DNA of 64,000 nt from Kineosporiaceae bacterium (GCA_035474375.1 DATINJ010000382.1:2068-66067), one strand, 5' to 3'; counted from the first letter of the stretch, positions 1 to 10,990 are shown. Notes: generated by a model not told the origin, from the sequence alone. Made by a program: numbers and translations.

Positions 1-120
1 GTCACGATGGGCTCGCTGGCCGGCTCCCGGCTCGGGATCCGGGCTCGGATGGCTACCGGCCTGGTCGGGAACCTGATCGTGTTGGGGTACGCCGCGCGGA
101 TGGCAGCGAGTGCCGGTTGA
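1..120 (+). CDS. 3-prime end of an upstream CDS (hydrophobic C-terminal tail, product unknown)
   Basis: Frame 1 is open from the window edge to TGA at 118-120 with GC-rich third positions. Too short to identify. Confidence 0.3.
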   Translation, partial: VTMGSLAGSRLGIRARMATGLVGNLIVLGYAARMAASAG

Positions 121-364
121 CGCCGGAGTTGGTACCATGGGCGGGTTCCGGCGTTGGTGATGCCGCTGGCCCAGAGGGGCCGCGCCGGGTCGAGGTAGTT
201 GCGCACGTCCGCCCGTGAACCCGGTCGATCGCTGTCCGGGAGCGTCGTCGACCGTGCCCAGATGCCTCAATGACCCGTACCTCACCCCTGGGTTCCCGAC
301 GGAATCCGCACTGCGCTCGCTGAGCTACTCAGCCCAGCGGGCCGATTGAGCCAAAGGACTATTC

Positions 365-1801
<1,437 letters not shown>

Positions 1802-1831
1802 GTTCTCCCGCAGTGCCGTAAGCGCCAATTG

Positions 1832-1894
1832 ACGATCATGCCCGGTTGTCCCACCTGCTCAGGCGGGCCAACCGGCATGATCGTCCGCGTTTTG
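1832..1894 (+). terminator. Intrinsic terminator-like hairpin downstream of ahcY
   Basis: GACGATCATGCCCGGTTG (1832-1849) pairs with CAACCGGCATGATCGTC (1870-1886) with one bulge, followed by a TTTT run at 1891-1894. It lies between convergent genes. Confidence 0.7.
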
Positions 1895-1976
1895 CCCCCA
1901 GCCCGGCCAAGTGGTCTCGCGATCTGACCCCTCACAAGGGTCAAACGCCGATACCACTTCGCCGAGTGCAGAGCGA

Positions 1977-2858
1977 TTAGCCCTCGTCGATCAAGCCGGT
2001 GCCGATCGGAGACAGTGGCCCGGCGGCGCTGCGCCGGTGCAGCCGGGTGGAGCGGGCCTCGGCCTCGCGACGCAGCCGGGCGTAGTCCCGGTCCCGGCGT
2101 TCGGCCAGGACGGCGGCCAGGAAGTCCTCGGGGTGCGTTCCGGGTGGCGGGGAGGGGGCCACATATCGGCTGACCTGCTCGGCCAGGGCTCGACCGAGCC
2201 GTTCTCGGGAGGTGGGCGCCAGCCGGGCTGCCCGGCCGAGGAACTGCCGGACAGCGAGGCTCAGCCGGTCAGGTAGCCGACCGAGATCGCTCGCCGCAGC
2301 CCAGGGATGCAGGTGCGGTGGCATCTGGACCACGTTCGGTTGTTCGCGCGGACTGCGCTCCCGAATCACGTACGTCCCGGCCAGCAGGTCGCCCAACCGC
2401 TTCCCGCGGCGGTTCAGCAGCGAGGTGATCAGGGCGATCGAACCGAAACTCCAGTAGAGCTCCAGAACCCCGAGCAGCCCGCGGATCAGCGCGTGTCGCG
2501 CCCGGATCGGGCCACCGTCATCGCGAACCACGCGCAATCCGGCGGCCAACTTGCCCAGGGAACGCCCTCGGGTGAGGGTCTCGACGGTGATCGGGATGCC
2601 GATCAGCACTCCGAGCGACACGACCAGCCCGAGTGCGCTGCCCGCGGCTTGGTCGAGCACGCTGGTGGTCGCCGCCAGCAGCCAAAACACCAGGAGCACC
2701 AGGATCCCGGTGACGATCAGGTCCAGCGCCAGCGCCAGCGCGCGGGTGATGAAGGACGCCGGCCGCAGGTCGAGCACCACGGCTTCGCCGGTGACCAGAT
2801 CCTCCGTGATGCCTAGGTCGAACCCCAGGTCGTCGAACCCGGTCAGATCTGCGGTCAT
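1977..2858 (-). CDS. RDD family membrane protein
   Basis: 293 aa with N-terminal TM helices typical of the RDD domain and a conserved Arg/Asp pattern. Divergent partner of the SpoIIM-like gene, as in other actinobacteria. Confidence 0.75.
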   Translation of the reverse strand: MTADLTGFDDLGFDLGITEDLVTGEAVVLDLRPASFITRALALALDLIVTGILVLLVFWLLAATTSVLDQAAGSALGLVVSLGVLIGIPITVETLTRGRSLGKLAAGLRVVRDDGGPIRARHALIRGLLGVLELYWSFGSIALITSLLNRRGKRLGDLLAGTYVIRERSPREQPNVVQMPPHLHPWAAASDLGRLPDRLSLAVRQFLGRAARLAPTSRERLGRALAEQVSRYVAPSPPPGTHPEDFLAAVLAERRDRDYARLRREAEARSTRLHRRSAAGPLSPIGTGLIDEG

Positions 2859-2881
2859 ACCGGCCAGGCTACGCTCACCTG

Positions 2882-3877
2882 GTGGACCTCGATGCGTTCG
2901 TCGCCGTGCACCGCGACGACTGGAACCGCCTGGACCAACTCTCGAAACGCCGTCGGCTCAGCGGTGCCGAGGTTGATGAACTGGTCCGTCTCTACCAGCG
3001 GACGGCGACTCATCTCTCGGTGGTTCGCTCGTCCACCCCGGACGCCGCGTTGTCCGCGCGACTGTCCACCACCGTCGCCCGGGCCCGGAGCGTGGTCGCC
3101 GGCGGGCACGAGCCGCTCTGGCGCGAACTCGCCCGACTGGTGGCGGTGTCCTTTCCCGCTGCGGTGTACCGATCCCGGTGGTGGGCGATCGGCTCGGCGG
3201 TGGCCTCGCTGGCGCTGGCCGCGGCGCTGGGAGCTTGGGTGTCGGCCAATCCGTCGGTGCAGGCCGCGCTCGGTTCGAAGGCGCAGATCAAGCAATTGGT
3301 GGAGAACGACTTCGAGAACTACTACAGCGAGCATGCGGCCGCCGGGTTCGCGGCTCAGGTGTGGACGAACAACGCCTGGGTCGCGGCCCTCTGTTTCGTG
3401 CTCGGGATCACCGGGGTCGGGGTGGTCTATCTGCTCGCCCAGAACGCCATCAATCTCGGCCTGGTCGGTGGTCTGATGGCCGCCAATGGCCGACTCGACC
3501 TGTTCTTCGGGCTGATCACCCCGCACGGCTTGCTGGAGCTGACTGCCGTCTTCGTCGCCGCCGGATCGGGGCTGAAGGTGTTCTGGGCGGTGGTCGACCC
3601 GGGCCCACGCCCGAGAACGCAGGCGATTGCCGAAGAAGGCCGGTCGATGGTCACGATCGCGATCGGCCTCGTCGGTGTGCTGTTGATTTCCGGACTGGTG
3701 GAGGCCTTCGTGACGCCGTCCCCGCTGCCGACCTGGGCCCGAATCGGAATCGGCGCTCTGGTTTGGCTCGGTTTCCTGGGGTATGTCCTGCGGTTTGGTC
3801 GGTCGGCAGCGTTGGCGGGAGAGACCGGCGACCTGGATTCCGCCCTGGCCGGCGATGTCCGCCCAGTCGTCGGCTGA
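2882..3877 (+). CDS. Stage II sporulation protein M-like (DUF95) integral membrane protein
   Basis: 331 aa with a GTG start. Soluble N-terminal helical region (FVAVHRDDWNRLDQL) is followed by about 5 TM helices. Confidence 0.7.
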   Translation: MDLDAFVAVHRDDWNRLDQLSKRRRLSGAEVDELVRLYQRTATHLSVVRSSTPDAALSARLSTTVARARSVVAGGHEPLWRELARLVAVSFPAAVYRSRWWAIGSAVASLALAAALGAWVSANPSVQAALGSKAQIKQLVENDFENYYSEHAAAGFAAQVWTNNAWVAALCFVLGITGVGVVYLLAQNAINLGLVGGLMAANGRLDLFFGLITPHGLLELTAVFVAAGSGLKVFWAVVDPGPRPRTQAIAEEGRSMVTIAIGLVGVLLISGLVEAFVTPSPLPTWARIGIGALVWLGFLGYVLRFGRSAALAGETGDLDSALAGDVRPVVG

Positions 3878-3989
3878 CAATGCGTGGCTCACCGTGTTCT
3901 GCCAAACACTTTGCGTAATGTCACGCGAAGTCGTACCTTCCTCGCTATGGGTAACAGCTCACGTATGCCAGGTTGTTCGCGGATAGCCG

Positions 3990-5216
3990 GTGTCCGAGAT
4001 GAGTGACATCGAGCGGACGGCCGCGAAGGAACGAGTAGTCGCACCGGCCGAATCGGGCCGGTCGACGGCGCCCGAGTCGGCTTATCCGGGGCGGCCGACC
4101 TCGGTCTGGAGTTACCGCCCCGGCTTGGAGCCGTCCGCCTTCCCCCGGACCAATTGGGGACACCGGGGCTACGACGAGACTTCCGTCGACGCGTTCGTCG
4201 AGCAGGTCCTCAAGGACCGGGACGCCGCCGAACTGCAGATCTCGGACCTGCGAACCGAGGTCGACCGGCTGCATCGGTACATCCGCCGGCAGTGGGCCGC
4301 GGTGGCCGCCGCCGAGTCCGAGTCCGCCGGCCCGCGGCAGGGCGGTCGATCGGTCGAGGGCCTGGTCACTCCGGCGGCACAGGCCCGGGCGGTGCTCAGC
4401 CAAGCACAGGAGATCGCCGATCGCCGGTTGGCCGAGGCCGATGCCCGGCTCACCGATGCCGAACGCCAAGCTGAGGATCGGTTGGCCTCCGCCGACCGCG
4501 AGATTCAGATCAAGCTGATGGACGCCGACAGCCAGGCCTCGCGGCTGATCGGCGCCGGGCAGGAGGAGGCGGCACATCGGCTCACCCGGGTCGACATGAT
4601 CGCCGAGCAGGTGTTGATCGAGGCCGGGCAGGACGCGGCGAACCGGCGGGCCCAGGCGGAGGACGACGCCACGCGGCTGCTGCTCCTGGCCCGAACCCGC
4701 TACCAGGACCTCGTGGTCCGGGCACACCAGCGGGCCGACCGGGCGGCCGAGGTGGCACTGACCGAAATTGAGCATCCGACCACGACGTTCGACGGCGGCA
4801 GGGTCCGGGCCGAGCTTGAGATGAAGGCCGCCTATCTGCGTACTTTCGCCAAGGTCAGCCGGGCCTCACTGCGGGCTGCCCTCGACGTCACCGCCCGCGA
4901 GTTCGACCGGTTGCTCGGTGCCTCGGCGGCCGCCGGCTCTGCTGCCCTACCGATCGAGTCTGATCCGACGCCGGTTGACTCGACGTCCGACCGGGTTCGC
5001 GTCGACTCGACGTCCGACCAGGTTCGCGTCGACTCGACGTCCGACCGGGTTCGGGTCGACTCGACGTCCGACCAGGTTCCGGTTGACCCGGCATTGCGGC
5101 TGGAGCCGGTCGCGAGTGCCCGCCGGGCGGCTCGAACGGCTCCCCGGCCCCGGATGATCGTGCTCCCGGACACCGAGGCGGCCGAACTCGCCGCAATGAT
5201 CCAATTGCAGCAGTGA
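3990..5216 (+). CDS. DivIVA domain-containing coiled-coil protein with C-terminal 9-aa tandem repeats
   Basis: DivIVA signature (RGYDETSVDAFVEQVLKD) followed by a long Ala/Glu/Arg coiled coil. C-terminus carries 4x VDSTSD(R/Q)VR. Confidence 0.75.
   Translation: MSEMSDIERTAAKERVVAPAESGRSTAPESAYPGRPTSVWSYRPGLEPSAFPRTNWGHRGYDETSVDAFVEQVLKDRDAAELQISDLRTEVDRLHRYIRRQWAAVAAAESESAGPRQGGRSVEGLVTPAAQARAVLSQAQEIADRRLAEADARLTDAERQAEDRLASADREIQIKLMDADSQASRLIGAGQEEAAHRLTRVDMIAEQVLIEAGQDAANRRAQAEDDATRLLLLARTRYQDLVVRAHQRADRAAEVALTEIEHPTTTFDGGRVRAELEMKAAYLRTFAKVSRASLRAALDVTAREFDRLLGASAAAGSAALPIESDPTPVDSTSDRVRVDSTSDQVRVDSTSDRVRVDSTSDQVPVDPALRLEPVASARRAARTAPRPRMIVLPDTEAAELAAMIQLQQ
4974..5081 (+). repeat. 4 x 27-bp in-frame tandem repeat inside the DivIVA-domain gene
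   Basis: Units at 4974, 5001, 5028 and 5055 (GTCGACTCGACGTCCGACCRGGTTCGC) differ at 1-3 positions. Confidence 0.9.
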
Positions 5217-5296
5217 TCGCCAGCCGTGCCCGCTCCGGCGCCCTTGACCAGCACATAATCGGGCCCAACTGGCGATCATGGCTGGCGGCGCGGCGG
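5213..5296. repeat. REP-like palindromic intergenic element, copy 1
   Basis: 19-mer GTGATCGCCAGCCGTGCCC (5213-5231) is identical to 18704-18722. Inverted partner CTGGCGATC lies at 5269-5277. The element overlaps the stop codon of the upstream gene. Confidence 0.7.
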
Positions 5297-5312
5297 TTGA
5301 TCGCCGATCCGC

Positions 5313-6605
5313 TCAGAGCAGGCCGGCTGCCTTGAGCGACAGGTACCGATCGGCCAGTTGGGGTGGCAACAGCTCGGGCGGGGCGTCGACGACGTCCACC
5401 CCGAGCCGGCGCAACTCCGCCGTGGTCGCCGCCCGATCCACCTCGGCTCGCTCGGCGGCGGCCGCGCCGTACACCGCATAGGAGTCGCCGCGGCCCGCCG
5501 CCATCAGCGCAACCTGTGGATCGGCGACCGAGGCGACCAGCACTCGGTGCCGAGTGGAAAGCCGTTGGACGACGGGCAACAACCCTTCTTCGACGGCGGC
5601 GGCTTCCAGCGGCGTCAGCAGAATCACCAGCGAGCGCTGCGACAACCGGCCGAGCACGGTGGAGACGATGGCCGACCAATCGGCTTCGACCAGGTCGGCC
5701 TCCAGCGGGGCCATCGCCGTCACCAGGCGGGGGAGCAGGTCGGTCCGCGACGCGCCCTCGACTCGGGCTCGGACCCGGCGGTCCATCGCCAGCAGATCCA
5801 CTCGATCGCCGGCCCGGGAGGCCAACGCCGCCAGCAGCAAGGCCGCGTCCATGGCGGCATCCAGCCGGGGCTCGTCGCCGACCCGAGCCGCCGAGGTGCG
5901 GGAGGTGTCCAGCACCAGCAGCACGCGACGATCGCGTTCCGGTCGCCAGGTCCGGACGACGATCTGCTGCCGCCGGGCGGAGGCCCGCCAGTCGATCGAT
6001 CGGACGTCATCGCCGTCCACGTAATCGCGCAGCGAGTCGAACTCGGTGCCCTGGCCACGCACCCGCAACGCGGTCCGGCCGTCCAACTCGCGCAGCCGGG
6101 CCAGCTTGCCGGGCAGGTGCTTGCGGGACCCGAACGATGGCAGCACGCGGAGCATCCCGGGAGCGGTCAAGGTCAACTGTCGGGCGGCCAGGCCGAGCGG
6201 GCCGGTGCTGCGGATGGTGACATGCGCAGCGCGCCGGTCCCCGCGCCGAGTCGGGATCAGCGCGGTGGACAGTCGCCGCTGCTGCCCGGCGGGCAGGTCG
6301 AGTCGCTGTCGCGGCTCGGCGGCACCGGCCGACGGCTGCCAGCCGTCCCGGACCAGCCCGTGCACGCGTCGGCGCCCGGTGTTGGACAGGACGAACGACG
6401 CCGTGGTCGGCTGCCCGAGCCGGACCGCAGCCACCGGTTCCCGCTCCACCCGCACCGCTCGCGGTGACCCGGCCAGCACCAGGTCAACCAGGACGGCGAC
6501 CAGCACGATGCCGACCCAGCCGAGGAGCACCGGCCAGCCGGGCCACAACACCGCCGGTACCAGCCCGAGCAGCATCGCCCAAGCGACCCGGCCAGAGATG
6601 CTCAC
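5313..6605 (-). CDS. DUF58 (vWA-like) domain protein, MoxR partner
   Basis: 430 aa with two N-terminal TM helices and the DUF58-typical DWRASARR...VVRTW...LVLD motif. Directly downstream of MoxR. Confidence 0.8.
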   Translation of the reverse strand: MSISGRVAWAMLLGLVPAVLWPGWPVLLGWVGIVLVAVLVDLVLAGSPRAVRVEREPVAAVRLGQPTTASFVLSNTGRRRVHGLVRDGWQPSAGAAEPRQRLDLPAGQQRRLSTALIPTRRGDRRAAHVTIRSTGPLGLAARQLTLTAPGMLRVLPSFGSRKHLPGKLARLRELDGRTALRVRGQGTEFDSLRDYVDGDDVRSIDWRASARRQQIVVRTWRPERDRRVLLVLDTSRTSAARVGDEPRLDAAMDAALLLAALASRAGDRVDLLAMDRRVRARVEGASRTDLLPRLVTAMAPLEADLVEADWSAIVSTVLGRLSQRSLVILLTPLEAAAVEEGLLPVVQRLSTRHRVLVASVADPQVALMAAGRGDSYAVYGAAAAERAEVDRAATTAELRRLGVDVVDAPPELLPPQLADRYLSLKAAGLL

Positions 6606-6630
6606 AGCGAACCCCGGGACTCTGAACCGC

Positions 6631-7683
6631 TCAACGCGGTACCGGGACGGCGGCGAGCACGCTGTCCAGGACGCCGTCCACGGTCACACCCTCCAGTTCG
6701 GCTTCCGGGCGCAGCTGCACCCGGTGCCGGAGGGTCGGTCGAGCCAGCGCCTTGATGTCGTCCGGGGTGACATAGCTGCGACCGGACAGCCAGGCCCAGG
6801 CTCGGCTGGTGGACATCAGCCCGGTGGCACCCCGGGGTGAGACTCCCAGTGACAACGACGGTGAATTGCGGGTGGCCCGGACGACGTCGACGATGTAGCC
6901 CATCACCTCGGGAGCGACCGCGATCTGGCGGACGGCGCGAACCCCGGCGGCGAGGTCGTCCGGGCCGGCCACCGCCCGGATCCCGGCACCGGCCAGGTCG
7001 CGCGGGTCGAACCCGGCGGCGTGCCGAGCCAGTACCTCGAGTTCCACCTCCCGCGGCGGCAGCGGCATCGTCAGCTTGAGCAGGAACCGGTCCAGCTGAG
7101 CCTCGGGCAGCGGGTACGTGCCCTCGTACTCGATCGGATTCTGGGTGGCACAGACCACGAACGGGTCCGGCAGCGGCCGGGGCCGACCGTCGATGCTGAC
7201 CTGCCGCTCCTCCATGGCCTCCAGCAGCGAGGCCTGAGTCTTCGGCGGCGTCCGATTGATCTCGTCGGCGAGCAGCAGATTGGTGAAGACCGGCCCTTCG
7301 CGGAACGAGAACTCGGACTGCCGGGCGTCGTAGACCAACGACCCGGTGACGTCACCGGGCATCAGGTCCGGGGTGAACTGGATCCGGCTGGTGTCCAGCC
7401 GAAGCGCCGCCGAGAGCGCCCGGACCAGCAGCGTTTTGGCCACCCCCGGCACTCCCTCGAGAAGCACATGGCCGCGGCAGAGCAGGGCGATCACCAGCCC
7501 GGTGACGGCGGCGTCCTGACCGACCACGGCCTTGCCTACCTCGACCCGGACCGCACGCAGCGCCTCCCGGGCGGCACTGGACTCGAGGTCCTCGCCCTGG
7601 TCCTGGACGGCGGCCGGCTCAAGGTCGAGTTCGGGCGCCGACTCGGGGGTGCGGTCATCCTGGGTGGTCGGATAGTCGGTCAC
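6631..7683 (-). CDS. moxR: MoxR family AAA+ ATPase
   Basis: Walker A LLEGVPGVAKT and Walker B LLADEINR. 350 aa, typical MoxR length. Confidence 0.93.
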   Translation of the reverse strand: MTDYPTTQDDRTPESAPELDLEPAAVQDQGEDLESSAAREALRAVRVEVGKAVVGQDAAVTGLVIALLCRGHVLLEGVPGVAKTLLVRALSAALRLDTSRIQFTPDLMPGDVTGSLVYDARQSEFSFREGPVFTNLLLADEINRTPPKTQASLLEAMEERQVSIDGRPRPLPDPFVVCATQNPIEYEGTYPLPEAQLDRFLLKLTMPLPPREVELEVLARHAAGFDPRDLAGAGIRAVAGPDDLAAGVRAVRQIAVAPEVMGYIVDVVRATRNSPSLSLGVSPRGATGLMSTSRAWAWLSGRSYVTPDDIKALARPTLRHRVQLRPEAELEGVTVDGVLDSVLAAVPVPR

Positions 7684-7696
7684 AGCAGCGAGCCCT

Positions 7697-8959
7697 TCAG
7701 TTCGAGCGGACGGGTCGATCGCGGGAAAGTTCTCGCTCGACGGCGTCGAGATCGTCGGCTAGGCGGATCAGTTCGGCGTCCGACCGGGGAGCCGGGCCGA
7801 GCAGTAGGGCGTGCAGCATCATCTCGCCACTCGGATCGCGGCCGATCGCCCTCGCCACCAGGGTGACGAGCTGATCCGGCGTCGTCCCGGCCGGTGCGGC
7901 GAGGCGGATGGCCAAGCGCCGCAGCGATGCCGTGCGCAGGGTGGCGGCGGCCCGGCCGCGGGCGGAAGCCTGACGGTAGAGCCGAGCCCGGCCTTCTTGG
8001 GTCTCCGCTGCGCGGACGATCACCGGCAGCGGTTCGGTCACCAGCTTGCCGAGCCGCCGGGCTCGCCAGAGCATGGCGAAGGCGCACGCCACGGCCAGCT
8101 GGACCACCACCCAGAAGACCCAGTCCGGTAGCAGTTCGCGCACCGTCGGCTGGCCCGAGCCGCCCTGTGGTTCCAGCGCGTCCGGGGTGTACCAGATCAG
8201 GGACGGTTGCTCGCCCAACGTCCACAGCGCCAGGGCGGCGTTGCCGTCGGCGCCCAGGTATTCGTTGGTCAACAGATCGGACTGCCCGATCACGGTCACC
8301 GTGCGCCGCGGCGTGTCCAGCACCAGGTAGGACCCGTCGTCCGTGCTGTCCGGATCGCGATAACAGATTCCGGCGGCGCTCGGCCCATCTATCGGCATCG
8401 ACACCCGGCTGTACAGGTAGCCGCCGGCCCGGACCGCACCGGCCGCCTGAACGGCAGCGATCGAGCAGTCGGCGGCTCGGACGGCGGCCTCGGCGTGACC
8501 GGCGGTCCGCAGATCCGGCGCCAGCCGGCTGAGGGTGATCTCGTCCGGCTCGATCAGCACCAGGTTGGGCGCGTCGTCCGCCAGCAGCCGATCGAGTTGC
8601 GCCGGTCCGAGTAGATAGGGGTTCGTGACCACCAGGGTGGAGTTCGCGTTGGTGGCCGACACCACCTCGGGTGAGCGGTGCGCCTGCCGGACGTCGACCC
8701 CCTGCCGGCGCAGTAGCTGCACCAGGGCGCGGCTGCCGTTCGGACCAGGGTTGTCCGGGCCGAGCCGGTCCCGATCCCCGGTGACCGACCCGGTGACGGC
8801 GGCGATCAGCGCGGCCAGGGCGACCACCAGGGCCACCGCCAGCAGCCAGCGCCAGCGCCGCCACCCGGCGGTGACCGCCTGCCGGGCGGTCTCCGGTGCC
8901 GAGCCGGGCCCGGGCTCCGGTGCGCTGGTGCGACTCGTGACGTCGGTACCGATGGTCAC
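7697..8959 (-). CDS. DUF4350-like membrane-anchored protein
   Basis: 420 aa with an N-terminal TM, a periplasmic-type domain, a second TM and a C-terminal helical region. GTGA overlap with the upstream gene at 8956-8959. The competing ORF 7680..8984 is Arg/Gly/Pro-rich and looks like an artefact. Confidence 0.6.
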   Translation of the reverse strand: MTIGTDVTSRTSAPEPGPGSAPETARQAVTAGWRRWRWLLAVALVVALAALIAAVTGSVTGDRDRLGPDNPGPNGSRALVQLLRRQGVDVRQAHRSPEVVSATNANSTLVVTNPYLLGPAQLDRLLADDAPNLVLIEPDEITLSRLAPDLRTAGHAEAAVRAADCSIAAVQAAGAVRAGGYLYSRVSMPIDGPSAAGICYRDPDSTDDGSYLVLDTPRRTVTVIGQSDLLTNEYLGADGNAALALWTLGEQPSLIWYTPDALEPQGGSGQPTVRELLPDWVFWVVVQLAVACAFAMLWRARRLGKLVTEPLPVIVRAAETQEGRARLYRQASARGRAAATLRTASLRRLAIRLAAPAGTTPDQLVTLVARAIGRDPSGEMMLHALLLGPAPRSDAELIRLADDLDAVERELSRDRPVRSN

Positions 8960-9585
8960 AGGGCAGGCACCGTTCTCGCCGCACGCAAGCGCTCGTCCAG
9001 GTCGCGCAACGCCTGATCGGCCCGCCGGTCAGTACTCAGGTGCCCGTACGAGACGTCGTCGAAGTGGTGCGCGGCGACCAGCAGGTCCGAGGCCAGTTCC
9101 GGCAGCGCCTTCCCGCCGTCTCGAGCTACCTCCCGCGCGGTCCGCCCCGGTTGTGGACTGAGCAAGGCGCGTTCCTCCAACTCGCGGGCGATTGCCCGGA
9201 ACCGCTCCACCACGGCCGGGCCCCACTCCTCGGCGTCCGCATGTCGCTGCGCCGCAGCTCGGTGATCAGCTGCGGTGGTGTGCCGCTCGGGTAGCACCCG
9301 GCCCCCCTTGCGCCGGGCGGTCGAGTGCAGGCCACCGGAGGAGTAGACGGCGTAGGTCACCACGGCTCCGACCACGAACGCGATCAGCAGCAGCGCCAGT
9401 TCCGGTGGGGCACCGGCGTCGAAGTTCAGCTTGCCGATCTGATCCACGACCCACTGCAGTACCCGCTCGGCCAGGCTGGGCTTGGCCTCCTGATATTCGC
9501 GGCGAGCCAGCTCCTGGACCGCCCAGTCCTGGGCGGTGCCGCGGTCGGGGTGCACCGGGACGGCGGCCAGTCCACTCACGAACAT
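8956..9585 (-). CDS. DUF4129-like membrane protein
   Basis: 209 aa with one TM and a C-terminal helical domain ending in the family-typical FDDVSYG motif. Confidence 0.6.
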   Translation of the reverse strand: MFVSGLAAVPVHPDRGTAQDWAVQELARREYQEAKPSLAERVLQWVVDQIGKLNFDAGAPPELALLLIAFVVGAVVTYAVYSSGGLHSTARRKGGRVLPERHTTAADHRAAAQRHADAEEWGPAVVERFRAIARELEERALLSPQPGRTAREVARDGGKALPELASDLLVAAHHFDDVSYGHLSTDRRADQALRDLDERLRAARTVPAL

Positions 9586-9646
9586 CGGGCTCGCTCGCTC
9601 GCATTCTTGAGCCGCTCGTCCGCGGCGCTGATGGCGATGCCTTTGC

Positions 9647-10990
9647 TCATGAGCGCATCAGGTCGACGTCGAGACCTTCGCGGCGCATCCGTAGGTCGAG
9701 GTACAGCAGTGCGGCCACTCCGGCGGTGAAGGGGAACAACACCGCACCAGCCAATACCGTCCCGACGTCCGCGACCAGCAGCTGGATCAGGGTGGCGCTG
9801 AACGAACCGCTGGCATCGAAGCCGGTGGCGATCTGGCCCAGCACGGCGAACGGGATGCTGAACACCTGCCGGATGATGTAGGCGATCACCGCGGTGAGTA
9901 GACCGATCCCGAACACCCGCCAGAAACTGCCCCGGACCAACCGGTAGGAGCGGCGCAGCGCGGCAAACACTCCGAGGTTCTCCAGCAGCAAGGCGGGCGC
10001 GGCCACCGCCCAGAAGCCGAAGTACAGCGCCACGCTGAACCCCATCGCGACCAGCGCGCCGAGGATCCCCAAGATCACTCCGGCGACCGGGCTCGACAAC
10101 GCGAAGCCGACGATCAGGCCGGGCAGCAGCGCCACCAGCAGGATCAGTGGCATCGCCACCATGACGACGCAGGCCAGACCGAGAACGGCGACCATCCGGG
10201 AACGGCAGCGGGCCCACAGCTGAGCCGGATTGAGCGCCCGACCGCGGACGGCGGCGTCCACCGCGACGATCAGCAGACCCGAGACAATCGTCGTGGCCAG
10301 GACGAATTGCAGGATCCCGACCAGCAGCGTGACCCCGAAGGGGCCGATGAGTTCGGCCACATCGGCGAGTTCGGCGTTCTGCGACTGCTCCGGATCGGTG
10401 AGCGGGTTGTTCAGCAGCGAGACCAGGGCGTAGGCCTGCGGGATGGTGGCCAGCAGGGTGAGCAGCGCGATCACGATCGCCGAGAACCCGACCATGGTTC
10501 CCGGGTTGGACCGGATCGCCCGGATGGCACCGTCGTAGATCTCACCGATCGCCAGCGGGCGAAGCGGAACGATTCCCTGGCCCCGGCTCGCCCAGTTGCC
10601 GGGTGCTGGCGGTCCGCTCCACTGCGGTTGGCCACCCGCCGGGTTGGGTGCTGAACCCCACTGCGACGGCTGGCCACCAGGAGCGGGTGGTGCGCCCCAC
10701 TGATTCGGCTGTCCGCCCGGGTTGGGCGGTGCGCCCCACTGGCTGGGCTGGCCGCCCGGGTTCGGTGGTGCGCCCCACTGGCTGGGCTGGCCGGGTGCGG
10801 ACCCCCAGCCCGGCGGTTGACCAGGTACCGGCGGCGCACCCCAGTTGGGCTGAGGTCCGGCAGGCGGTGGGGCTTGAGGTACCGGGACAGTGGGATCGCT
10901 GGGCGCGACCTGGCCCGAGGTGTCCCGATCTTCCGGTTCGTCACCGGGCGCGGTCCATGCCGCAGGCGGCTCGGCCATCGACCCCTCCAA
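9647..10990 (-). CDS. Polytopic membrane protein with Pro/Gln/Trp-rich N-terminal repeats
   Basis: 447 aa. N-terminus carries about 4 x (QPSQWGAPPNPGG), from 39-bp repeats at about 10648-10806. At least 6 TM helices follow. Confidence 0.7.
   Translation of the reverse strand: MEGSMAEPPAAWTAPGDEPEDRDTSGQVAPSDPTVPVPQAPPPAGPQPNWGAPPVPGQPPGWGSAPGQPSQWGAPPNPGGQPSQWGAPPNPGGQPNQWGAPPAPGGQPSQWGSAPNPAGGQPQWSGPPAPGNWASRGQGIVPLRPLAIGEIYDGAIRAIRSNPGTMVGFSAIVIALLTLLATIPQAYALVSLLNNPLTDPEQSQNAELADVAELIGPFGVTLLVGILQFVLATTIVSGLLIVAVDAAVRGRALNPAQLWARCRSRMVAVLGLACVVMVAMPLILLVALLPGLIVGFALSSPVAGVILGILGALVAMGFSVALYFGFWAVAAPALLLENLGVFAALRRSYRLVRGSFWRVFGIGLLTAVIAYIIRQVFSIPFAVLGQIATGFDASGSFSATLIQLLVADVGTVLAGAVLFPFTAGVAALLYLDLRMRREGLDVDLMRS

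Noticed and set aside
121-364. SAH riboswitch or other leader upstream of ahcY
   Set aside because: The conserved SAH-riboswitch segments (CCGAGGRGCGCUGC / AACGGCGCUCAC-like) are not recognisable. Only a small hairpin GCTGAG-cta-CTCAGC is present.
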